This document shows positions 54,244 through 63,243 of a stretch of 64,000 nt of DNA, in pieces. The notes under the pieces were generated by a model that was not told the origin of the DNA, did not search any database, and saw only the letters and a list, made by a program, of their open reading frames with translations. The stretch lies in the NCBI GenBank assembly GCA_963719145.1, contig CAVRAX010000001.1, positions 71,544-135,543 on the forward strand, in the 5' to 3' direction. The stretch comes from an uncultured Chloroflexia bacterium. Its GTDB lineage: Bacteria > Chloroflexota > Limnocylindria > Limnocylindrales > CSP1-4. Position numbers and translations under genes: made by a program. Numbering within the stretch: the stretch's first letter is position 1; every line of letters begins with the position of its first letter.

Positions 54244-56118
54244 ATGTGCGGGATCGCGGGAATCATGCGGCTGGGCGAGGGCCCGCCGGTGGATCCGGGG
54301 CTGGTCACGAGGATGCGCGACACGATGGCCCACCGCGGGCCCGACGGCGCGGGGACCTGGGTCGCCCGGACGGCGGATCGGCCTCGGGTTCCGGCGCCTC
54401 GCGATCATCGACCTCTCGAGCGCGGCCGCCCAGCCGATGGCGAACGAGGACGGATCGCATCCATCTGGTCTTCAACGGCGAGATCTACAACCACGCCGAG
54501 ATCCGCCGCGAGCTCGAGGCGATCGGCGGACACACCTGGCGGACCGACCACTCCGACACCGAGATGATCCTGCACGCGTACGAACAGTGGGGCATCGACT
54601 GCCTGCAGCGGTTCCGCGGGATGTTCGCGTTCGCGCTCTGGGACGCGCGCGCCGAGCGCTGTGGCTCGTCCGGGACCGGATCGGCATCAAGCCGCTCTAC
54701 TACGCGTTCCACGACGGCCGGCTCGCCTTCGCCTCGGAGATCAAGGCGCTGCTCGGCGATCCGGACCAGCCGCGGGCCGTGGACGAGGAGGCCTTCTTCC
54801 ACTACCTGTCGTTTCTGACGACACCGGCCCGCTCACGCTCTTCGAGGGCATCCACAAGCTGCCGGCCGGCACCTGGCTGCGCATCCGAGCCGGGGCGATC
54901 GAGGAGCGCCGGTACTGGGACGTCTGGGACCACGCCGCCGCTCCGGGGTGTGTCACGAGGAGATCGCCGAGCGGGTCCTCGATGAGCTGCGCACGGCCGT
55001 GCAGCTCCGCAAGGTCAGCGACGTGCCGGTCGGCGTGTTCCTGTCCGGCGGGATCGACTCGAGCACCAACGCCGCGCTGTTCTCCGAGGGCGAGCGGCGC
55101 CCGTGAAGACCTTCTCGATCGGCTACGACGGCGATACCAGAGCTACAAGAACGAGCTCGACTACGCGCGCGCATGGCCGCCGAGGTCGGGGCCGAGCACC
55201 ACGAGCTGCGCCTGACCCAGGACGACCTGTCGAGTTCCTGCCGCAGATGGTGCAGCTCCAGGACGAGCCGATCGCCGATCCGGTCTGCGTCCCCGTCTAC
55301 TACGTCTCGAAGCTGGCGCGGGAGAACGGGGTCGTCGTCGCCCAGGTCGGCGAGGGGGCCGACGAGCTGTTCTGGGGCTACCCGACGTGGAAGCGTGCCC
55401 TCCGCCTGCAACGGCCGATGACCTCCCGGTGCCGCGATCGCTCAAGCGGCTCGGCCTGCCGGGTCTGCGACGGCCGGGCGGGACCGGGGGATGGCTTCGA
55501 GTGGCTGCGCCGCGGGGCCGCCGGCCAGCCGGTGTTCTGGGGCGGGGCGGAGGCGTTCACCAGCGCAGAAGGAGCTGCTCCTGTGGCCGCGCCTCCGAGC
55601 GCCGTTCGCCGGGCCCACGTCGTGGGACGCGCTCGAGCCGATCCGGCGGCGCTTCGAGGCCGGCGCGTGGGAGCGTCGGCCTTGCACTGGATGACCTACC
55701 TCGACCTCAATCTCCGTCTGCCCGAGCTGCTCCTGATGCGCGTCGACAAGATGAGCATGGGCGTCAGCCTCGAGGGCCGCGTGCCGTTCCTCGACCACAG
55801 GTTCGTCGAGCTCGCGATGGGCATCCCGGCCGCGGTGAAGACGCGGGGCGGGACGCTCAAGTACGTCCTCAAGAAGGCGGTGCGGGGCGTCATCCCCGAC
55901 GAGCTGATCGACCGTCCCAAGCAGGGCTTCGGCGTTCCCGTCCACGAGTGGTTCTTCGACCGGCTCGGCACTGAGGCCCGCAGGGAGCTGGACGCGTTCT
56001 GCGCCAGACCGACTTCCTCGACGCGGGAGGCGTGCGGGCGACGCTCGACGCGGGCCACGGACCCCAGGCGTGGTACCTGCACAACTTCGCGATGTGGTGG
56101 CAGGAGTACGTGGCGTGA
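54244..56118 (+). pseudogene. asnB: Asparagine synthase (glutamine-hydrolysing, AsnB/WbpS-like) disrupted by at least 7 frameshifts
   Basis: Starts MCGIAGIMRLG (a Ntn-hydrolase N-terminal Cys) 1 nt after the oxidoreductase stop. Conserved blocks lie in alternating frames. These include IHLVFNGEIYNH...RGMFAFALWD, RIGIKPLYYA, GTWLRIRAG and VPVGVFLSGGIDSS. Others are VQLQDEPIADP, MSMGVSLEGRVPFLD and KQGFGVPVHEWF. It ends WWQEYVA-stop at 56118. Confidence 0.6.
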
Positions 56119-57404
56119 TGGTGGGGCCGAACCAACGTGGCCTCCGGGCGATCCGCTCGTCCCTCTCCGGCGAAGCGGGCGTCTCGCTGGCCCGCGACGT
56201 CGGTGCGACGATGGGCAACCGTATCCTCCTCATCGGGATCGGCATTGTCACATCGGTCATCGTCGCCAGGACCCTGGGGCCAAGCGGTCGCGGGATCTAT
56301 GCGGTCGCCGTCGCCCTGACGGCGATCTGCGTCCAGTTCGGCAATCTCGGCCTGCATGCCTCGAACACCTGGGCGGTCGCACGGAGACCCGACCTCCTCG
56401 GGACGCTGATCGCCAACAGCCTGCTGGTCAGCGCCGCGCTGGGCGGCGGCATCGCGGTCCTCGTCCTGCTCCTCGTCGTGGCATTCCCGCACCTGATCGT
56501 GCTGCCCACCGCGGTACTTGTGCTGGCACTGCTCGCGATCCCCGCGAACCTGGCGTACCTGCTGCTCCAGAACCTCCTCCTTGGCACGCAACGTATCCGG
56601 TATTTCAACGGCGTGGAACTGTTGAACCGGGTCGTCGTCGTGGCTGCGTTCGCCGCGGCGATCTGGCTTGGGATCGTGTCGCCGGAGGTCGCAGTCGGAG
56701 CCGGACTGGTGGCCGCCGTGGTGACGACCACCTTGGCCGGCGCCGTCCTCGTGCGCTCGGCCGGCGGATCGATCGCGCCGAGGCTCGCGACCCTCGTCGA
56801 GAACAGCCGATACGGATTCCGCGCCTACTCCGCGGCGCTCTTCTCATTCCTCGTCCTTCGGGCGGACTTGCTGCTGGTCAACTACTTCCGGGGTGCGACG
56901 GACACCGGTTACTACTCGATCGCAGTCTCACTCGCAGATCTCGTGTACCTGCCGCCGGTCGTTATCGGCTCGATGCTCTTTCCGAGGCTCGCCGCGATGA
57001 AGGACTCGACCGAACGTCGGGCGCTTACGAACGCGAGCCTCGTCGTCACTTTCGGCGGAATGCTGCTCGCTGTCGTTGCAGCTTCCCTGCTCGGCGACTT
57101 TGGTGTCCGGCTCCTCTTCGGGGCCGAGTTCGAACCAGCTGTCCCAGCCTTCCTGTGGCTGCTGCCTGGGATCCTCGCGCTCTCTGCCTACACGGTGCTT
57201 TCGAGCTTCTTTGCGGCCATAGGATTTCCAGCGATTTCAATACTCGCTCCCCTGGCCGGGTTTTGCGTCGCCGTCGTACTCGATATCGCATTGATCCCCC
57301 GCCTCGGCGTGGTCGGCGCCTCAATCGCTTCATCCACCGCATATGGGCTGATGATCGTGACCGCTCTGCTTGCGTACCGAAATCTCAGGGAGCCAACGAT
57401 CTGA
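56118..57404 (+). CDS. Wzx-like oligosaccharide flippase (MOP superfamily polysaccharide biosynthesis protein)
   Basis: 12+ TM segments with Polysacc_synt-like organisation. Its ATG overlaps the asnB stop by 1 nt (TGATG). Confidence 0.8.
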   Translation: MVGPNQRGLRAIRSSLSGEAGVSLARDVGATMGNRILLIGIGIVTSVIVARTLGPSGRGIYAVAVALTAICVQFGNLGLHASNTWAVARRPDLLGTLIANSLLVSAALGGGIAVLVLLLVVAFPHLIVLPTAVLVLALLAIPANLAYLLLQNLLLGTQRIRYFNGVELLNRVVVVAAFAAAIWLGIVSPEVAVGAGLVAAVVTTTLAGAVLVRSAGGSIAPRLATLVENSRYGFRAYSAALFSFLVLRADLLLVNYFRGATDTGYYSIAVSLADLVYLPPVVIGSMLFPRLAAMKDSTERRALTNASLVVTFGGMLLAVVAASLLGDFGVRLLFGAEFEPAVPAFLWLLPGILALSAYTVLSSFFAAIGFPAISILAPLAGFCVAVVLDIALIPRLGVVGASIASSTAYGLMIVTALLAYRNLREPTI

Positions 57405-57483
57405 TGCGGCATCCGAAGGCGTCCGGGGGCACCAATTGTCCCAGTCGAGCCCAAGGTGCGTGCCTCGGCCCGTGGGGCGAGGC

Positions 57484-58377
57484 ATGAGGAGTGGTCGATC
57501 GCGGTGCCTTGCTCATGTCACCGCACGCCAGGGCAAGATTTATCGCCCTGCTGCGATCAAGGCGAATACCGTCAGCGTCTGGGGTGCGTCGCCTGCTGGC
57601 TCCGCGCATGTGAAAGGGGGCCTCGACGGTTCTCAAGACGCCTTCGATCTGGCGCGACAAGTTCGGAGCCAGCACGAGCTAACATGGATTGCCGAGCTGA
57701 TTCCATTTGAGAGCTTCCGGGGTCGTGATGTCCTCGAGGTCGGCTGCGGTGCCGGATTCGACGCGTATGAGTTCGTGCGCCACGGGGCTAGGTATGTCGG
57801 GATCGACATCGTTCCCGCCAACATCGACCTAGCTCACCGCCACTTGGCCCACCACGGGCTCAGCCCCAAGTTGTTGGTGGGCGATGCCGAGCACGTGCCA
57901 TTCGAAGATGAGTCGTTCGATTTCGTCTACTCGAACGGTGTTCTCCATCACACCCCCGACCTGCCACGCGCGATATCAGAGGCAAGGCGGGTGCTCAGAC
58001 CGGGCGGACGTCTTTGTGTAAGCCTCTACCACCGCAACTCCGCTTTCTATTGGCTGACGTTGTTCCTGGAGCAACACGTGATCCGGGGAGGATTCCGAAG
58101 GCGAAGTTTCCGGGACAGAGTCGCGATGATCGAGCACACGTCGAGTGGTGCTTTGCCGCTGGTAAATACGTACTCGAAGTCTGACGTCCGGCACCTCCTG
58201 GAAGCAAGCGACTTCGAGATCCGGCGGGTGGTCGTCAGGAAGTTACGACCGGAAGACCTCCCCACATTGCCGGTTCTGGAATTATTGTGGCACCTCATTC
58301 CCCAGGGGACCCTTGACACGCTCGGGCGTCGATTCGGCTGGTATGTCATCGCCTCGGCGAGGAGACCTGTGAAATGA
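57484..58377 (+). CDS. Class I SAM-dependent methyltransferase
   Basis: Contains motif I (VLEVGCGAGFDA) and motif II (LRPGGRL). The start is uncertain. The track start at 57370 overlaps the flippase gene. Confidence 0.75.
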   Translation: MRSGRSRCLAHVTARQGKIYRPAAIKANTVSVWGASPAGSAHVKGGLDGSQDAFDLARQVRSQHELTWIAELIPFESFRGRDVLEVGCGAGFDAYEFVRHGARYVGIDIVPANIDLAHRHLAHHGLSPKLLVGDAEHVPFEDESFDFVYSNGVLHHTPDLPRAISEARRVLRPGGRLCVSLYHRNSAFYWLTLFLEQHVIRGGFRRRSFRDRVAMIEHTSSGALPLVNTYSKSDVRHLLEASDFEIRRVVVRKLRPEDLPTLPVLELLWHLIPQGTLDTLGRRFGWYVIASARRPVK

Positions 58378-59969
58378 GACGAACCCTGACGATCGTGCGG
58401 GGTTCCACTCGCGAGCGACCGACTAGCGACACAACTGTCATCGAATTCGAGCAGCTGCGTACCTGGATCGGGCTCCGTACGATCTGGAGTCATCTATTTC
58501 GCTATACCGATGTCACGCTCAGAGTCGCGTGTGCGGAGATGCTGACGCGTCCCCTCTTCACCCTCTTGCTGATCCGAGTCCTCTCTCGTGGTCAGTGCGA
58601 GATTGTCGACGACCATGGGGCGAAGTCCGCCGTCAGCGTCCGCACGCTCGGGCACGCGTGTGCTCAGTACCTGCGCGATGCGCTCTCGATCCAGCGTGCC
58701 CGTGAAACGTCTAAGAGGCAACTCGAGCAGGTAGTCAGAGATTTAGGCCGCGCGCCAGCGATGGCTTCAGGTGCTCGACGTTCCCGGCCGGTGTACGTGC
58801 ACGCAAATCCGCTCAGAGGTCTGGTGTCTGGTGGCTCGGTAGGGCACATCGCGGGGGTGCTCAACAGCCTTGACACGCTCATCGGGTCACCCATCGTCCT
58901 AACGACCGACCGCACGCCAACGGTTCGAGAGGGTATCGAGACGCACGTTATTCGACCGAACCGATTCAGAGACTTCCCCGAAATTCTCAGAGTCGCCTTC
59001 AATTCGGAGCTCTTGCCACAAGCGATATCTCTTGTTGATGAGCGCGATCCTGCCTTCGTTTACGAGCGCTACAGCGAGTTCAGCTACACGGGCGCGATGC
59101 TCGCCCGGGAGTGGTGCGTCCCGTTTGTGCTCGAGTACAACGGCTCGGAGGTCTGGATTGCTCGCCATTGGGGACGGCCTTTGGCGAACGAAAGCCTTGC
59201 CGCTGAGATCGAGATGGCGAACCTGCGCGCCGCGGACCTCATCGTCGCGGTGAGCGAGGTCATGAAAGACGGACTTGTCGATCGGGGCGTCGATCCCGGG
59301 AAGATCCTGGTAAACCCAAACGGCGTAGATCCCAAGCGTTATGCACCCGATGTTGACGGGTCGGCGATCCGGGCTCGGCTCGGTCTCGACGGCAAGGTCG
59401 TCATCGGGTTCATCGGGACGTTCGGGCCCTGGCATGGCGCCGAGGCACTCGCCAAGGCATTCGGGCTTCTCCTGGCCAAACGGCCAGACTTCCGGGAGCA
59501 CGTCCGGCTGCTGATGATCGGCGACGGAGCGCGCTTCGAGGCGACGCGGCGGGAGATCGCCGCTCGAGGCGTCGAGTCGGAGACGATCCTCGTGGGTCGA
59601 ACCCCCCAGGAAGACGGCCCTGCGTACCTCGCCGCCTGCGACATCCTGGCTTCACCCCACGTGCCGAACGCTGACGGCTCTCGCTTCTTCGGGTCGCCGA
59701 CCAAGCTCTTCGAATACATGGCGATGGGCAAGGCGATCGTCGCCTCTCGCCTCGAGCAGATCGGCGAGGTCCTTGAGGACGATCGGACGGCCGTCCTCGT
59801 GGAGCCCGGCGACGCGGCGGAGCTAGCGAGCGCGCTCGAGGCGCTCATCGACGACCCGGAGCGTCGCGCGCGCCTCGGGGTCGCGGCGCGGGAGGAGGCG
59901 GTTGCCAACCACACCTGGCTTGATCACACTCGCCGGATCCTGGATCGCGTGGCCGCGCTCGGCGCCTGA
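58374..59969 (+). CDS. GT4 (GT-B) glycosyltransferase with a ~130 aa N-terminal extension
   Basis: Contains the GT4 C-terminal motifs (SPTKLFEYMAMGKAIVAS, EPGD). ATGA overlap with the methyltransferase stop. Confidence 0.85.
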   Translation: MRRTLTIVRGSTRERPTSDTTVIEFEQLRTWIGLRTIWSHLFRYTDVTLRVACAEMLTRPLFTLLLIRVLSRGQCEIVDDHGAKSAVSVRTLGHACAQYLRDALSIQRARETSKRQLEQVVRDLGRAPAMASGARRSRPVYVHANPLRGLVSGGSVGHIAGVLNSLDTLIGSPIVLTTDRTPTVREGIETHVIRPNRFRDFPEILRVAFNSELLPQAISLVDERDPAFVYERYSEFSYTGAMLAREWCVPFVLEYNGSEVWIARHWGRPLANESLAAEIEMANLRAADLIVAVSEVMKDGLVDRGVDPGKILVNPNGVDPKRYAPDVDGSAIRARLGLDGKVVIGFIGTFGPWHGAEALAKAFGLLLAKRPDFREHVRLLMIGDGARFEATRREIAARGVESETILVGRTPQEDGPAYLAACDILASPHVPNADGSRFFGSPTKLFEYMAMGKAIVASRLEQIGEVLEDDRTAVLVEPGDAAELASALEALIDDPERRARLGVAAREEAVANHTWLDHTRRILDRVAALGA

Positions 59970-59970
59970 C

Positions 59971-62037
59971 GTGTCCGTGAAGGCGGCCGCCGTCCGACGC
60001 GCTCTAGGGACGCCGCCCGGCATTCTCGTGCGAAAGGTCCTCCGCCGGACGACGTCCGCAGCCACCTCCACCATGGCGCGCCGGCGCGATTCGCCGAGTC
60101 TGACGTACGTGCCCGACCTGAACGCCCCTAACCTCCGCGCCCCGATTGCCGCGGGCGCGGTCCGACCTGGGCGGGATCTCGGGGCCGTGTTGGGTCCGCT
60201 GACCGCCCGATACCTCGGTCACGAGTTCGACCTGCTCGGCTCGGGCTGGGTCTCGCCGGGCTACGGCACCGAAGCCGCCGGCGTGGAAGGCCACCACTAC
60301 CCAGCAGCGCCCGCCGTGCGGCCGGATCCTGAGGGCAGGTGGCTCGCCGATCGGATTGCCGGCCCGAACGCCCGCGAGTCGGCCCGGATCTGGAGCCTCG
60401 TGGACGCTGGGTACGGCCCGATCGACTGGCAGCTGGACTTCAAGTCCGGCTGGCGCTGGGCCGAGCGGACCTGGTACCGCGAAATTCGGTACGGCGATCA
60501 GCCGGGCGCGGACGTCAAGGTCCCCTGGGAGCTGGGCCGCATGGAGCATCTGCCCCAGCTGGCGCTGGCGGCGATCCTCGCGCGAAGCGGGTCGCACGGC
60601 TTCCGTCCACCCGCGGAGTACGAACGGGAGTTTCGGAACCAGGTTCTCGACTTCATCGCGACGAACCCGCCGCGGTTCGGGGTCAACTGGGTCACCGCGA
60701 TGGACGTGGCGATCCGGGTCTCAAACTGGCTGCTCGCCCGCGACCTCTTCGTTGCCGGGGGAGCCGAGTTCGATGCCGCGTTCGAGGCCGTCCTCGCTCG
60801 CAGCGTCGTCGAACACGGGCGCCATATCGCTGGGAACCTGGAGTGGGCAGAGCAGCGCGGCAACCACTACCTGGCCGACGTCGTGGGCCTGGTCCTCGTC
60901 GCGGTTCACCTCCCACGGGGGCGCGAAGTCGACGGCTGGCTTGCGACCGGCCAGCGCGAGCTCCTCGCCGAGGTCGACCGGCAGTTCCTGCCCGACGGCT
61001 CGAACTTCGAGTCCTCGACCGCGTACCACGGGCTGGCGGCCGAGCTCGTGGTCTTCGGCCTGGCCGCCCTCATTGGTCTCGACGACGATCGCCGACCGCC
61101 GCTTCCCGAGCACCTCGGCGGGACGCTCCACCGGATGGCCGACTTCGTCGCGGGCATCACGAAGCTGGACGGACGGGTGCCGCAGATCGGGGACAACGAC
61201 AGCGGGCGACTCTTCACCTTTGGCAACGAGCGAGACCTCGATCTCGGTCACGTCATCGCCGCGGTGGATGCGCTGGCCCCCACCCAGGACGGCCAACCCA
61301 CACCGGGGAACGAGACGAGGGCTGACGTCGTTCGGGCGCTTGCGAATGGCCGGACGCTTGGAGCGCCGCGGGCGATGGCTCGCGCGCGCTCATCGCGGGA
61401 CGATCCGGCTGCATTCGGAGAGCTCGACCGATGGATCGCGGCGCGCCAGGCCACGCAGCGGCGTGCGATCGACATCCCGCTGCCTTCTGGCACGCTCGAT
61501 GCGGTCACCCTCAGCGCGTTCCCCGACTTCGGCGTCCACGTCGCTCGCTCCCCCAGGCTGTACCTCGCGGTCCGGTGCGGCACGCCCGTCTCGCGGGCGC
61601 CGTCCGGACACGTCCACAACGACCAGCTTTCGGTCGAGCTGGCGGTGGATGGCGAGGACCTCATCCGAGATCCCGGCTCGTACCTGTACACGCCGCTGCC
61701 GGAGCGACGGAACGCGTATCGGTCGGCGGCGGCGCACTTCGGCCCGCGACCAGCTGACGGCGAGCCCGCCCGGCTCGACCAGGGACTCTTCCAGGTCCCG
61801 GACGTGCCGACCACGACCTGCCTGTCATGGGGCCCGGAGGGGTTCGCCGGACGATCGATCCTCGCCGGGGGCCGCACCCTCGCGGCGACGGTCCGGTGGA
61901 GCGACGGGCTGCTGGCGGTTCGCTGGGGTTCCGAAGGCTGCGACCTGGCTGGACCACGAGACGGCGCCGACTGGCGGGCCTGGCTTCCGGGCCTGCCCTT
62001 CTCACCCGGCTACGGACGCGTGGAGACGGTCCCCTGA
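59971..62037 (+). CDS. Heparinase II/III-like (alginate-lyase superfamily) protein
   Basis: The toroid region (NWVTAMDVAIRVSNW...EQRGNHY) is followed by a Hepar_II_III beta-sandwich domain (HVHNDQLSVEL). GTG start 2 nt after the GT4 stop. Confidence 0.8.
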   Translation: MSVKAAAVRRALGTPPGILVRKVLRRTTSAATSTMARRRDSPSLTYVPDLNAPNLRAPIAAGAVRPGRDLGAVLGPLTARYLGHEFDLLGSGWVSPGYGTEAAGVEGHHYPAAPAVRPDPEGRWLADRIAGPNARESARIWSLVDAGYGPIDWQLDFKSGWRWAERTWYREIRYGDQPGADVKVPWELGRMEHLPQLALAAILARSGSHGFRPPAEYEREFRNQVLDFIATNPPRFGVNWVTAMDVAIRVSNWLLARDLFVAGGAEFDAAFEAVLARSVVEHGRHIAGNLEWAEQRGNHYLADVVGLVLVAVHLPRGREVDGWLATGQRELLAEVDRQFLPDGSNFESSTAYHGLAAELVVFGLAALIGLDDDRRPPLPEHLGGTLHRMADFVAGITKLDGRVPQIGDNDSGRLFTFGNERDLDLGHVIAAVDALAPTQDGQPTPGNETRADVVRALANGRTLGAPRAMARARSSRDDPAAFGELDRWIAARQATQRRAIDIPLPSGTLDAVTLSAFPDFGVHVARSPRLYLAVRCGTPVSRAPSGHVHNDQLSVELAVDGEDLIRDPGSYLYTPLPERRNAYRSAAAHFGPRPADGEPARLDQGLFQVPDVPTTTCLSWGPEGFAGRSILAGGRTLAATVRWSDGLLAVRWGSEGCDLAGPRDGADWRAWLPGLPFSPGYGRVETVP

Positions 62038-63203
62038 ACGCGTCGCGGCCGAAGGCCCTCGTCGCGAGCCCATACGCCTGGACGTCGTCGTTCCAGCTCG
62101 GCGGCCACCACCTCGCCCGCGCGCTCGTGGGTCTCGGCTGGGACGTCGCGTACATCTCGAACCCGATCTCGCCACTTCATCTCGCCCGCGGTCTGTCGAT
62201 CGAGCTCCGCAATCGCATCGCCCTCTATCGCGCCGGTGGGAAGTCCGACCTGGACGGCCATTTGTGGACCTACGTGCCCGGCGCCCTGGCGACCCCGAAC
62301 CGGGGGCCGATCCTGGGCAGCCGCTGGCTCCTCCGTTCCTGGGACCGCCTGACGTTGCCGAGGGCCGCCCACGTGCTCCGCAGTCACGGCTTCGGCGAGG
62401 TCGACCTGCTCTTGATCGATACGGTCGTCCAGGGCCTGTGGCTGGATCGGATCGGCCACGAGGCCTCCGTGCTTCGCATCGGTGACCGGATGGCCGGGTT
62501 TCGGGCGTTCTCGACCGCCATGCAGGCCCGCCAGCGAGAGCTGGCCGGGGCAGTCGACCTCGTGGCCTACACGGCGACGGGCCTGGAGCCGGAGATCGCG
62601 GCCATGGGTCCGCGCCGGATGCTCCACCTTCCCAACGGCGTCGACGTCGCCCATTTCGCCGAGGGTGACCGCTCGATGCCGGCCGACCTCGCGGGCATTC
62701 CCAGGCCGATCGCGATCTACGTCGGCGCGATGGATGAGTGGTTCGACTTCAAGGCCGTCGACGCGATGGTTGCCGCCTTGCCCGACGTCTCCTTCGTGCT
62801 GATCGGTCCGCCCGAGCTCGCGAGTCGCAGCCTCACGACCTGGCCAAATCTGTACCTGCTCGGCCGTCGACCATACGAACAGCTCCCGCGCTACCTCCAG
62901 AATGCGGACGTCGGCCTGATCCCCTTCGACGTCGACGGGCATCCGCTGGTCGTGAACACAGTCGATCCGCTCAAGCTCTACGAGTACCTCGCCTGCGGCC
63001 TGCCGGTCGTCGCTTCGTCGTGGCCGGAGCTCGCCCAGCTGCACAGCCCAGCGATCCTGGCTAGTTCACGAGAGGAGCTGATCACAGGAGTTCGGCGAGC
63101 GTTGGACGGCGACGTCGACAGGGGCCTCGGCGAGGGATTCGCGCACGCGGCAGACTGGAACGGTAGAGCGCGAAACCTGGTTGCGGCGATCGAGCTCCGA
63201 TGA
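62034..63203 (+). CDS. GT4-like (GT-B) glycosyltransferase; start uncertain
   Basis: The N-terminus reads KALVASPYAWTSSFQLGGHHLARAL. The C-terminus has a glycos_transf_1-like motif (DVGLIPFDVDGHPLVVNTVDPLKLYEYLACGLPVV). Just upstream of KALV there is no in-frame ATG/GTG/TTG, only a CTG overlapping the heparinase stop. The alternative GTG is about 120 nt inside the heparinase gene. Confidence 0.7.
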   Translation: MNASRPKALVASPYAWTSSFQLGGHHLARALVGLGWDVAYISNPISPLHLARGLSIELRNRIALYRAGGKSDLDGHLWTYVPGALATPNRGPILGSRWLLRSWDRLTLPRAAHVLRSHGFGEVDLLLIDTVVQGLWLDRIGHEASVLRIGDRMAGFRAFSTAMQARQRELAGAVDLVAYTATGLEPEIAAMGPRRMLHLPNGVDVAHFAEGDRSMPADLAGIPRPIAIYVGAMDEWFDFKAVDAMVAALPDVSFVLIGPPELASRSLTTWPNLYLLGRRPYEQLPRYLQNADVGLIPFDVDGHPLVVNTVDPLKLYEYLACGLPVVASSWPELAQLHSPAILASSREELITGVRRALDGDVDRGLGEGFAHAADWNGRARNLVAAIELR

Positions 63204-63243
63204 AGCGCGCTCAGACGGTCAGGCTGTGAACACCGGCCGCCTC

